DNA from: an uncultured Prevotellaceae bacterium
GTDB taxonomy: Bacteria > Bacteroidota > Bacteroidia > Bacteroidales > Bacteroidaceae
Reading direction: 5' to 3'
Assembly: GCA_902786665.1 (NCBI GenBank)
Contig: CADADN010000058.1
Location: 4,866 to 68,865, forward strand
Length of the DNA: 64,000 bases
This document shows, piece by piece, positions 33,857-42,835 of the stretch (positions within the stretch are counted from its first letter, which is position 1; every line of letters begins with the position of its first letter). Position numbers and translations under genes: made by a program. The notes beneath the pieces are model-generated. The model saw only the letters and a program-made list of their open reading frames with translations. It had not been told where the DNA came from and searched no databases.

Positions 33857-34822
33857 ATGAAAAAGACAAGATTATTCGCATTGGTCGGCATATTGATGCT
33901 ATCGACCACCATGATGGCACAGTCCAAGGTGTATTTCACAAAAGAAATCACTCCCGAGTCGTTGGTGAAGATTTACAAGGCTTTGGGTGTTGAGGCAAAC
34001 GGACGTGTGGCCGTGAAGATTTCGACTGGCGAGGGCGGCAACAACCACTACCTGAAACCGACTCTGATACGCAACCTCGTAGAGGAGGTGAATGGCACAA
34101 TCGTGGAATGCTGCACTGCCTACGGTGGTTCGCGCCAAGACCCCAAGAAGCACTGGGAAACCATCCACGAGCATGGTTTCGACTCCATTTTCGCCGTAGA
34201 CCTTATGGATGAGTTCGGGCAAATCCGCATTCCCATCCAGGACAAGACGCATTTGAAATACGACATCGTAGGCGAGCATCTTGCCAACTACGACTTCATG
34301 GTGAACCTCGCCCACTTCAAAGGCCATGCCATGGGCGGCTTCGGAGGCGTGATGAAGAATGCATCCATCGGCGTGGCATCCACCGCAGGCAAGTGCTACA
34401 TCCATTCTGCCGGCAAGACCGATGACCCGAAAAAGGCATGGACCCCGGAATACCTGGCTGCTGGCAAGACGCAAGACTCGTTCCTTGAGTCGATGGCTGC
34501 CGCCGCACAGGCCGTACACAACTATTTCAACGGACGCGTGGTATACATCAATGTGATGAACAACATGTCTGTCGACTGCGACTGCGACGGACACCCCGCA
34601 AAACCGGAGTTGATGGACATGGGCATCATGGCCAGCCTCGACCCCGTCGCCGTGGACCAAGCCTGTCTCGACAAGGTGTTCAACTACCAGGGCAAGCCCG
34701 GTGATGACAACAAGCCCCTCATCCAGCGCATCAACCGCCAGCATGGCACATACATCACCGACTATGCCGAGAAAATCGGCTTTGGTTCGAAGAAGTATGT
34801 GTTGATAGACATCGACCAATGA
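33857..34822 (+). CDS. DUF362-family (Fe-S associated) exported protein
   Basis: VAVKISTGE, HFKGHAMGGFGG..KN.SIG, DCDC, SLDPVAVDQAC; promoter element at 33771-33778. Confidence 0.82.
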   Translation: MKKTRLFALVGILMLSTTMMAQSKVYFTKEITPESLVKIYKALGVEANGRVAVKISTGEGGNNHYLKPTLIRNLVEEVNGTIVECCTAYGGSRQDPKKHWETIHEHGFDSIFAVDLMDEFGQIRIPIQDKTHLKYDIVGEHLANYDFMVNLAHFKGHAMGGFGGVMKNASIGVASTAGKCYIHSAGKTDDPKKAWTPEYLAAGKTQDSFLESMAAAAQAVHNYFNGRVVYINVMNNMSVDCDCDGHPAKPELMDMGIMASLDPVAVDQACLDKVFNYQGKPGDDNKPLIQRINRQHGTYITDYAEKIGFGSKKYVLIDIDQ

Positions 34823-34896
34823 TGCCCAACCTACTCACCCGTGAAGGAACACCAGGAGCATAGGAACAAGAGAACGCCAACCAACCCCAATCCATC

Positions 34897-35478
34897 ATGA
34901 AGAAAATCATCACCATGGCCATGGCCGCCTTGATGGCTGCAATGACCATGAACGCACAGACGCAAGGAGACATCAATTTCCGTTTCCGCGGAGGCGGCAA
35001 CCTCTCGACGCTTACCGGCAACGACGACGCCAAGGAGAAGATGGGATGGACCATCGGCTTCGGCTTCGACTACTGCTTCTCCAACCAGTTCGCCCTCAGC
35101 CTCGACGTCAACCGCGACCGACTCGGTTACAAGAGCAAGTCGCTCGACAAGGATTTGAACCTTGAATACCTCAGCCTCGGACCGATGGCCAAGTATTACG
35201 CCACACCTTGGCTCGCCCTCCAGGCAGGACCGGAAATAGGCTTCCTCAGGAAAGCCAAGATGAGCGGCATCAACCAAAAGGAAGCCTATGAGAAGACCGA
35301 GTTCTCACTGCCCATCGGCCTTTCCTTCGAACCCAAGGTCAGCAAGAAAGATGTTGCTCTCGTCATCGACCTGCGCTACCGCCTAGGACTTTCCAAAGCC
35401 AACGACGAGGATGTACTCATTGGCGACATGAAGAACAGCGCCTTCATCCTCACCATCGGATACAAGTTAGGACTTTAA
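34897..35478 (+). CDS. Small outer-membrane beta-barrel (PorT/OmpA-like porin family)
   Basis: Signal peptide; GG.NLS, AGP.IGF, DLRY.LGLS, terminal LTIGYKL. Confidence 0.8.
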   Translation: MKKIITMAMAALMAAMTMNAQTQGDINFRFRGGGNLSTLTGNDDAKEKMGWTIGFGFDYCFSNQFALSLDVNRDRLGYKSKSLDKDLNLEYLSLGPMAKYYATPWLALQAGPEIGFLRKAKMSGINQKEAYEKTEFSLPIGLSFEPKVSKKDVALVIDLRYRLGLSKANDEDVLIGDMKNSAFILTIGYKLGL

Positions 35479-35505
35479 ACCAATCAACAAACAAACCTAA
35501 AACCT

Positions 35506-38500
35506 ATGAGAAAACATCTACTCGCCATCTGCCTGACAGCCCTGTGCGCGACAGGCGCCATGGCGCAAGACTACGACCTCACCAAACTTTACCTTCAGAA
35601 TGCAGGGTTCGACAGCCGTTTCGACTACACCATCGACGACACAGGGAATGTGGAACAGGAAATCCTCGACGTAGATGGCTGGACGAAAGACATCAGCGTC
35701 AACTACACCATCACCGGCGTCTATCAAATAGGCACGAAGAAGACCTTCAACGGCGCCTCCGTCCCATCCACCGGGCAAGACGGCACCACCGACGGCGGCG
35801 TGCTCGCGCTGAGCACCGGATGGAACCAGTCGATGCTCTTCTACCAGACGGTGGAACTCCCCGAAGGCAAATACTCCCTGGTGAGCGCCTTCTACAACAG
35901 CGCCGACAAGACGGCCGGCCGCAGCCGCGTGGAATGGCTCCCCAACGGACAGAGCGCCGTCACCTCAAGCCTCGAGTCCTTCCCCACCGGCGTATGGATC
36001 ACCGACACCATCCGTTTCGAACTCACCAAGACCACGAAAGGACGCATACAGATAGGCTTCCACGCCAATGCCGGGCAAGGGTCGGCCAATTTCGCCAAAC
36101 CCTGTCTCGACTTCGTGAAACTGCTGCGTGACACCGACATCGGGAAGGAGGAAATGGACCACTACAAGCAAAAGCTGCAGACCGTCATCGATGAAGCCGT
36201 CAAGGCATATGGCGACGGCAGCGGCAACGACGCCGGCGATCTGAAAGCCGCCATCGACGCCGCCAACGCCGTGATGGGCGACGACAACGCCACCATCGAA
36301 CAGGTGGACGAAGCCATCGTCCTGCTCACCGCCGCCCTCGACAAATACCTGTGGGCCAACCCCACGGGCGACATACCCACCGTGACCACCGACCAACGCT
36401 ACGCCCGCGGAGCCACCATGGCCTTCGGACGAATGGGGTACACCGGCATACCCGCCTCGCAAGTGTCGGAGCAAGGCTTCTGCTGGAGCGAGACCCCCGA
36501 ACCCACCATCGACGACCACCGCACCACACGCTTCCTGACCAACAACGGGCGCATCTACTGGCTGGAAGACCTCACCCCCGCCACCTGCTACTACATGCGC
36601 GCCTATGTCATCACCAAGGGCCGACAGGTGGGCTATGGCGACGTCATCCGTTTCTATACCATCCCGAAAGGCCAAATCTCCTTCACCATCCGCAACAGCG
36701 ACAATTCGAGCGCCAACGCCCGCATCCGCGCCGCAGCGGAACAAGCCGTCGGCTGGTGGAACAACCTGACGGAGATGAAAGGTTTCTCTACCAGCATCGG
36801 CTACAACGCCGGCGTACCCACGGCAGAATGCTCCTACGGCGGATGGATGAGCGTGGGCTCCAACCAGTCGTACCAGAAAGCCGGCACCATCATGCATGAG
36901 ATGCTCCACGGCATCGGCGTCATCCCCTGGGCCGACACCGAATGGAGCCGCTTCAACCTGCGCTCAGGCACGTCGAACGCCGCCGGCTATGCCACAGGCT
37001 CCGGCTTATGGCTCGGCGACCGCGTCACCGAAGTGCTCCGCTTCTGGGACAACAGCACCACCGCCCAACTCAACGGCGACTACCAGCATATGTGGCCCTA
37101 CGGCATCAACGGTGCCTCGGAGGACAATGGCAGCGACGTGCTGTACATCGGCAACTCACTCATATGCCAGGCCCTCGGCGAGGACGGCCTACAGCACACC
37201 TCCAGTCTCTTCGCCGAGCCCTACCACGCCTTCGAGCACCAAGACGGCGTGAAATACTACATCAAGAACGAGGACAGCGAGCGCGGACTCTACACCTCCT
37301 ACCTCACGCCCACCAGCACCAACACCCTCGCCTGGCGCGCCATGACACCCGACGAGGCCGCAGCCAACGACAGTTGCGCCTGGCTGGTCACCTTCACCCC
37401 CGGCAACCAATACTACCAGTTGCAGAACGCCGCCACCGGGCAGTACATGACCTACACCGCGAGCAGCATACGCACCACGGCCCGCACCACACCCTCCAGC
37501 AACGAGGACTTCCAGATGATGAAAGGACGTGTCGACGTGGGCAAGAAAGGCTTGCGCGGATTCTGGATCATCCACCCCAACAGCAACTGGACCCCCGCCT
37601 GCCTCCAAGCCAACGCCAACGGAGGAACCTCGGCTGCCACCTTCAACATCGCCAACAAAGCCACCACGCAGCGATGGCTCATCCTCAACGAGGAGGAGAT
37701 GCGCTCGCTGAACCAACTGCTGCTGGCCGACATGCTGGCAGAGGTGAACGGCAAGCTGTCGCAAATCAAAGCCCTCATGGCCGTGCCACACACTGAAGAC
37801 ATCAACGGCGTGGACGCCACGATGGAAGCCACCCTCAGCAGCATCGAGGAACGGATGGCCAGCGCCTCCAGCACCGCCGACCTGCAAGCCTTGCTCGGCG
37901 AGGCAGAGCAGGCCGCCTTCGACTTCCTCGGCAACGTCACCCCCAAGAGCATGGAGCAGCCCTTCGACCTCACCTACATGCTCGTCAACCCCGACATGGA
38001 CAGCACCGACGGCTGGTCGGACGCACCCACCATCAGCTATTCCTGCGCGGAATACTACGAGAAGACCTTCGACTTCAACCAGACGGTGAGCCACCTGCCC
38101 GCGGGAACCTACCAGTTCCGCTGCAACGCCTTCCAGCGTCCCGGCAAGGCGGAGGAATGTACCGGCCGCGCCACCACCGCCTTCATCTACGGCGGCGACA
38201 AGAGCGCCAACCTGGCCCACATCACCAGCGATGCGCAAAGCACCAAACAAGGCGGCAACGAGTCGTATGTCGGCGGCAAGTACTTCCCCAACAACATGCA
38301 GGCCGCCAGCATCTACTTCGGCAAGGGACTGTATGAGAACCGACTCACCACCAGCGTCGCCAACGACGGCGCATCACTCAAGGTAGGCATCCGCAGCACC
38401 AGCATGCCCGGCTACTACTGGGTGATATTCGACCATTTCCGCCTCTGCTATTTCGGTTCGCTCTCGCCCGAGGCAGTGGACGGCATCTCCGCACCCGCAA

Positions 38501-38628
38501 CCACATCCACATTCACAAAGAAGGGAGTCTACAGCCTCGACGGGCGACTGCTCACCCCCGACGCTTCGCTGCTCCCCACCCTGCCCTCCGGCGTCTACAT
38601 CGTGGACGGAAAGAAAATCATCAAATAA
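35506..38628 (+). CDS. Large secreted multidomain protein with FN3-like domain, HExxH zinc motif and T9SS-type C-terminus
   Basis: Signal peptide; GFCWS..PEPTI...LTPATCYYMRAY; IMHEMLHGIG; ends VYSLDGR...GVYIVDGKKIIK. Confidence 0.75.
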   Translation: MRKHLLAICLTALCATGAMAQDYDLTKLYLQNAGFDSRFDYTIDDTGNVEQEILDVDGWTKDISVNYTITGVYQIGTKKTFNGASVPSTGQDGTTDGGVLALSTGWNQSMLFYQTVELPEGKYSLVSAFYNSADKTAGRSRVEWLPNGQSAVTSSLESFPTGVWITDTIRFELTKTTKGRIQIGFHANAGQGSANFAKPCLDFVKLLRDTDIGKEEMDHYKQKLQTVIDEAVKAYGDGSGNDAGDLKAAIDAANAVMGDDNATIEQVDEAIVLLTAALDKYLWANPTGDIPTVTTDQRYARGATMAFGRMGYTGIPASQVSEQGFCWSETPEPTIDDHRTTRFLTNNGRIYWLEDLTPATCYYMRAYVITKGRQVGYGDVIRFYTIPKGQISFTIRNSDNSSANARIRAAAEQAVGWWNNLTEMKGFSTSIGYNAGVPTAECSYGGWMSVGSNQSYQKAGTIMHEMLHGIGVIPWADTEWSRFNLRSGTSNAAGYATGSGLWLGDRVTEVLRFWDNSTTAQLNGDYQHMWPYGINGASEDNGSDVLYIGNSLICQALGEDGLQHTSSLFAEPYHAFEHQDGVKYYIKNEDSERGLYTSYLTPTSTNTLAWRAMTPDEAAANDSCAWLVTFTPGNQYYQLQNAATGQYMTYTASSIRTTARTTPSSNEDFQMMKGRVDVGKKGLRGFWIIHPNSNWTPACLQANANGGTSAATFNIANKATTQRWLILNEEEMRSLNQLLLADMLAEVNGKLSQIKALMAVPHTEDINGVDATMEATLSSIEERMASASSTADLQALLGEAEQAAFDFLGNVTPKSMEQPFDLTYMLVNPDMDSTDGWSDAPTISYSCAEYYEKTFDFNQTVSHLPAGTYQFRCNAFQRPGKAEECTGRATTAFIYGGDKSANLAHITSDAQSTKQGGNESYVGGKYFPNNMQAASIYFGKGLYENRLTTSVANDGASLKVGIRSTSMPGYYWVIFDHFRLCYFGSLSPEAVDGISAPATTSTFTKKGVYSLDGRLLTPDASLLPTLPSGVYIVDGKKIIK

Positions 38629-38658
38629 AAACCCATACACCATCAAACCTAACCATTC

Positions 38659-40131
38659 ATGAGAAAGAAAACCATCCTGCTGGCTGCATTCACCCTGGCT
38701 ACCCTCTGCATGTCAGCGCAAAACCACTATGCCAAGTACCAAGAGCAACTGCCATTCGGAATGCCCATGGTGACCGCACCCTCCATCCCTGGCAACGAGG
38801 TGAAACTCACCGACTTCGGAGCCGTAGGTGATGGAGAGACCCTCTGCACGGAAGCCTTCGCCAAGGCCATCGACAACCTTTCAAGGAAGGGCGGCGGCCG
38901 CCTCGTCGTGCCACGCGGCATCTGGCACACCGGCCCCATCATCCTGAAGAGCAACATCGACCTGCACCTGGAGATGGGCTCCGTGATCCTCTTTGCCGCC
39001 GACGAAACCCTATACCCTCTCATCGACACCTCTTTCGAAGGCCTTGACACCCGACGCTGCCAATCGCCGCTAAGCGGTTTCAACCTGCACGACGTGGCCA
39101 TCACCGGCCAAGGCGTGATAGACGGCAACGGCCGTTACTGGCGCCCGTTGAAGAAATCAAAGGTGACCGACGCGCAATGGAAGGAGTTCACCACCGGCAA
39201 GGGCGTGGTGACGAAGAAAGACTACTGGGTGCCCTCGGAAGGTTATGCCAAAGGCGAGGCATCGGCCAACATGAACGTGCCGGAAGGGTTGAACACCCCC
39301 GAGGAATGGGAGAGCATCAAGCGCTTCCTCCGACCGGTGATGGTGAGCCTCGTGGGCTGCAAGAACGTGCTGCTGCAAGACGTGATTTTCCAAAACTCCC
39401 CCGCCTGGAACCTCCATCCGCTGATGTGTGAGAACGTCATCATCGAGCGCGTGCTGGCCCGCAACCCGGCATACGCCCAGAACGGCGACGCCCTCGACCT
39501 GGAGTCGTGCAAGAACGTGCTCATCATCGACTCGAAGTTCGACGCCGGAGACGATGGCATCTGCATCAAGAGCGGCAAGGACGCCGACGGTCGCAAGCGC
39601 GGCATCCCGTGCGAGAACGTCGTGGTGGACGGCTGCACCGTCTTCGCCGGCCATGGCGGATTCGTGGTGGGTTCGGAAATGAGCGGCGGCGTAAGGAACA
39701 TCATGGTGCGCAACTGCCAGTTCCTCGGCACCGACGTGGGCCTGCGTTTCAAAAGCACACGCGGCCGTGGCGGCATCGTGGAGAACATCTTCATCGACGG
39801 CATCTCGATGACAGACATCAAGACCGACGCCATCACCTTCAACATGTACTATGGCGGCAAGTCGGTGGCGGAGATGCTCGCCGACGGCGACCAACCCAAC
39901 AACACCGACGTGAAACCCGTGGACGAGACGACCCCCATCTTCCGGAACATCGACATCCGCAATGTCATCTGCAACGGCGCCGGCAGGGCCATGGAATTCA
40001 ACGGCCTGCCCGAAATGCCCATGGACGGCATCTCACTCACCGACATCCAAATCATTGCCAAGAAGGGCGCAGAGTTCCACAACTACAAGAACCTCACACA
40101 GAAGAACGTGAACATCAAGATTGAGGAATAA
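38659..40131 (+). CDS. GH28 (exo-)polygalacturonase
   Basis: NGDALD, GDDGICIKSG, GHGG..VGSE, RFKS. Confidence 0.93.
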   Translation: MRKKTILLAAFTLATLCMSAQNHYAKYQEQLPFGMPMVTAPSIPGNEVKLTDFGAVGDGETLCTEAFAKAIDNLSRKGGGRLVVPRGIWHTGPIILKSNIDLHLEMGSVILFAADETLYPLIDTSFEGLDTRRCQSPLSGFNLHDVAITGQGVIDGNGRYWRPLKKSKVTDAQWKEFTTGKGVVTKKDYWVPSEGYAKGEASANMNVPEGLNTPEEWESIKRFLRPVMVSLVGCKNVLLQDVIFQNSPAWNLHPLMCENVIIERVLARNPAYAQNGDALDLESCKNVLIIDSKFDAGDDGICIKSGKDADGRKRGIPCENVVVDGCTVFAGHGGFVVGSEMSGGVRNIMVRNCQFLGTDVGLRFKSTRGRGGIVENIFIDGISMTDIKTDAITFNMYYGGKSVAEMLADGDQPNNTDVKPVDETTPIFRNIDIRNVICNGAGRAMEFNGLPEMPMDGISLTDIQIIAKKGAEFHNYKNLTQKNVNIKIEE

Positions 40132-40143
40132 GGTTTCTCTTTT

Positions 40144-40405
40144 AGGAGTTAAAGAGGAGTTAAAGGGGAGTTAAAGGGGAGTTAAAGGGGAGTTAAAGGG
40201 ACGTATGTTTTCTTTTAGAGGAGTTAAAGGGACATATGTTTTCTTTTAGGAGTTAAAGAGGAGTTAAAGAGGAGTTAAAGGGGTGTTAAAGGGACATATG
40301 TTCACTTTTGGGGAGGTAAAGGGACATATGTTCACTTTTGGGGAGGTAAAGGGACATATGTTCACTTTTGGGGAGGTAAAGGGACGAGGTAAAGGGACAT
40401 ATGTT
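40144..40405 (+). repeat. 11-mer array element, family copy 4, including three perfect 30-bp tandem units
   Basis: (GGAGTTAAAGA/G)n interleaved with AAAGGGACA/GTATGTT; AAAGGGACATATGTTCACTTTTGGGGAGGT x3 at 40288-40377. Confidence 0.92.
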
Positions 40406-40429
40406 TTTATACATTTTATGCAAGAACTC

Positions 40430-40463
40430 CGAGGGGGTGACAGAATGGTCTGTCACCCCCTCG
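40430..40463. terminator. Hairpin terminator between convergent GH28 and S8 genes
   Basis: Perfect 15-bp stem CGAGGGGGTGACAGA / TCTGTCACCCCCTCG. Confidence 0.7.
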
Positions 40464-40480
40464 AGGTTGTTATCATAGGA

Positions 40481-42667
40481 CTATGGCACCCTGACGAGCA
40501 TGGACCCTGTGGAAGCAGCGTCGGCGCCGTCCACCTGGACGGCATACACCCTCTTGGGAAGACGGGAGAGATCGACATGGAGCCGATTGCCTTCCGGCAC
40601 GCCCTGGTGACGCATCACCAATACGCCCGCCGTGTCGTATACGCGCACGGAAACCAATGACGACATCTCACGCTCGAAAGAGAGCGAGAGCCTGCCATCG
40701 TGGAGCGAGAAAGCCACCTCCTTCGGCTGATGGGAAGACACCCCCTCGATGCGGTCAAAACTCAGGATGTAGAGCAAGCCGGCATAGGCGTCGATTTCAC
40801 CGTAGCCATAAAGGTTGTTGGGATATTCTAGCGATGGGTCGTAATGTCTCGAGGTTTTGGCGATGACTTCCATCGCCTCCTCCGGCGAAAGGTCGGGCTT
40901 GGCCTCCAACCACAGTGCTATGGCACCCGCCACCACGGGCGTCGACATGGACGTCCCGCTGTTGGCGTTCCACGCATAGGTTCTCCCCTGGAAGTCGAAA
41001 TGTGCCACGTCCGACTTGATGTCGTTGGCGTCGGGCGCAGCCTCCAGGTAATAACTGCTGTACGACGAGATGACATTGGTGCCCGGTGCCATCACGTCGG
41101 GTTTGATTCTGCCATCGAAAGTCGGCCCCACCGACGAGTAGGCGCTCCGCTCGCCCGACGTGCCCATGTCGAAAGGTTTGTATTCCCCAAGGTAGTTGAC
41201 CACCCCCGTGCGATAGCCCGTGGCTCCCACGCTGATGACCGACGGTGCGCTTGAGGGAGAGTGCAGGGAATAGGCATTGTCGCCCAGCGACTTGTCTTCC
41301 GGCACCATGTAACCAACCCCGCGGAAGAGGTGCACCTCCGACTCCTCACCCTTGATGTCCACTCCGGTAAAGTAGCCTCTCCCCAAGTCCTTGTCTGTCT
41401 GGAGGATGACCTCCAGGACGTTTTCCCTGCTGTTGAACGCCGAGGGATAGCACGACGCGGTGATGTAATAAGGCTTTTCACCTACGAGCAGCGTGTCGGT
41501 GAGGAGTGAGTCGGGCATGCTGCAGACCAAGTCCACCGTGACCGGTCTTTCCTCAAAGATGTTGTCGGTGCCTTGGAGTCGGAAGAGGAGGGTGTAATTG
41601 TCGGAACTGCCCTTTGCGGAGAAATAAGCCGTGCTTCCGGAAGAGAGGAGCGTCACGGAAGTGGAAGGCATCCCTGCGGGCTTGCAGACATGCGTGGTCA
41701 GTTGTCCGGAGTTGCCTGCCGACGCCACGAGGATGTGCCCCGGCCCCGTGATGCTGTCGAGGATGGCATAGTAGAGCACGTCATCCCCCCTGAAGTCCAT
41801 CGACGACCCTTCGCTGAACGACACCACGCATGGCTTCCCCACGGAGTCAGCATAGTCGAAGATGTATTTGAATCCCAGGCAGTCGGTGGCGTAGGTGAAC
41901 TTATCGACATCGGCGGAGTCGATGAGTACGAGGTCGTCGGTCACGGCATTGCTCACCAGGCAGATGTCAGCCCCCGGCGCCATCCCCCGGTATTCGGTGT
42001 CGTAGCCGCTGCCCGCAGCAGAGCCGAGTGTGTGTGTGCCATGCGACTGTATGCCGGCATCGCGTGAATGGGCGTAGGCCTTCAACGCCTCCTCGGTGAC
42101 ATAGTCGGCACCCACATAGAGGCTGCTGCCGACGGTGTCGGTGGAGAGGAAGTCCCAGAAGCGCTTGATGCGGTATTCGGTGAGGTCGCGGTTGTAGAAA
42201 TTGGGATGCGTGAGGTCGAAGCCGATATCCTCGACACCCACCACCACGCCCTTCCCGGTGAAGGCATGAGGGAGAGAATCGCCTTGATGTGCTCGAGCGC
42301 CCCCCATCAGCACCGTGGTGGTATCCATCAGCAGCGAGTTGGACCGACGGGCCTCTATGCGGTCCACCTGAGGATGGAGGGATAGGGCAGGCAGGCAACG
42401 AACGGGGATGCTTGCGATGTAGATGTCGCCCCACTGCGCCAAGGGACGACACCCCATGGCACGAAGCACCTCGCCCCCCTCGCCGCCGACACGTACGAAG
42501 GCGCACACCTCGCCTCCTCCGTCCCCGGCAGGGAGATGGCGCGCCCTCCCACGCTGCTGCAGGGTGAGTTGGCGTATCATCGATGACATCTTGCCATAAT
42601 CGGCATATTGTGCATAAGCGGTGGTAGCACACCAAAGGCACATCAAAAGAAAGAAAGTCTTGCGCAT
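40481..42667 (-). CDS. S8-family (subtilisin-like) serine peptidase with T9SS-type C-terminal domain
   Basis: Triad motifs VGVEDIGFD, HGTHT, SGTSMSTP; oxyanion SAGNSG; start taken at MRKTFF. Confidence 0.9.
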   Translation of the reverse strand: MRKTFFLLMCLWCATTAYAQYADYGKMSSMIRQLTLQQRGRARHLPAGDGGGEVCAFVRVGGEGGEVLRAMGCRPLAQWGDIYIASIPVRCLPALSLHPQVDRIEARRSNSLLMDTTTVLMGGARAHQGDSLPHAFTGKGVVVGVEDIGFDLTHPNFYNRDLTEYRIKRFWDFLSTDTVGSSLYVGADYVTEEALKAYAHSRDAGIQSHGTHTLGSAAGSGYDTEYRGMAPGADICLVSNAVTDDLVLIDSADVDKFTYATDCLGFKYIFDYADSVGKPCVVSFSEGSSMDFRGDDVLYYAILDSITGPGHILVASAGNSGQLTTHVCKPAGMPSTSVTLLSSGSTAYFSAKGSSDNYTLLFRLQGTDNIFEERPVTVDLVCSMPDSLLTDTLLVGEKPYYITASCYPSAFNSRENVLEVILQTDKDLGRGYFTGVDIKGEESEVHLFRGVGYMVPEDKSLGDNAYSLHSPSSAPSVISVGATGYRTGVVNYLGEYKPFDMGTSGERSAYSSVGPTFDGRIKPDVMAPGTNVISSYSSYYLEAAPDANDIKSDVAHFDFQGRTYAWNANSGTSMSTPVVAGAIALWLEAKPDLSPEEAMEVIAKTSRHYDPSLEYPNNLYGYGEIDAYAGLLYILSFDRIEGVSSHQPKEVAFSLHDGRLSLSFEREMSSLVSVRVYDTAGVLVMRHQGVPEGNRLHVDLSRLPKRVYAVQVDGADAASTGSMLVRVP

Positions 42668-42835
42668 TTTCAATTGTGAAATAAACATATTTTCTGCAAA
42701 ATAAGCGAAATTTATTGAATCATACAAATTTGCCTTTCATTGGTTTGCATTTTTTTTTGATTTTTACTCATTTATACCTAACTTTGCATGCTTATACACC
42801 TTTATATATAAAACCTAATCAAAAAAGCAGATAAG

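Noticed and set aside
40288-40385. 30-bp perfect repeats as a CRISPR array
   Set aside because: Units are head-to-tail with no unique spacers, no cas genes are present, and the unit derives from the 11-mer family end module.
40283-40660. ORF with repeated VKGHMFTFGE
   Set aside because: It is a translation of the 30-bp tandem repeat and runs antisense into the S8 gene.
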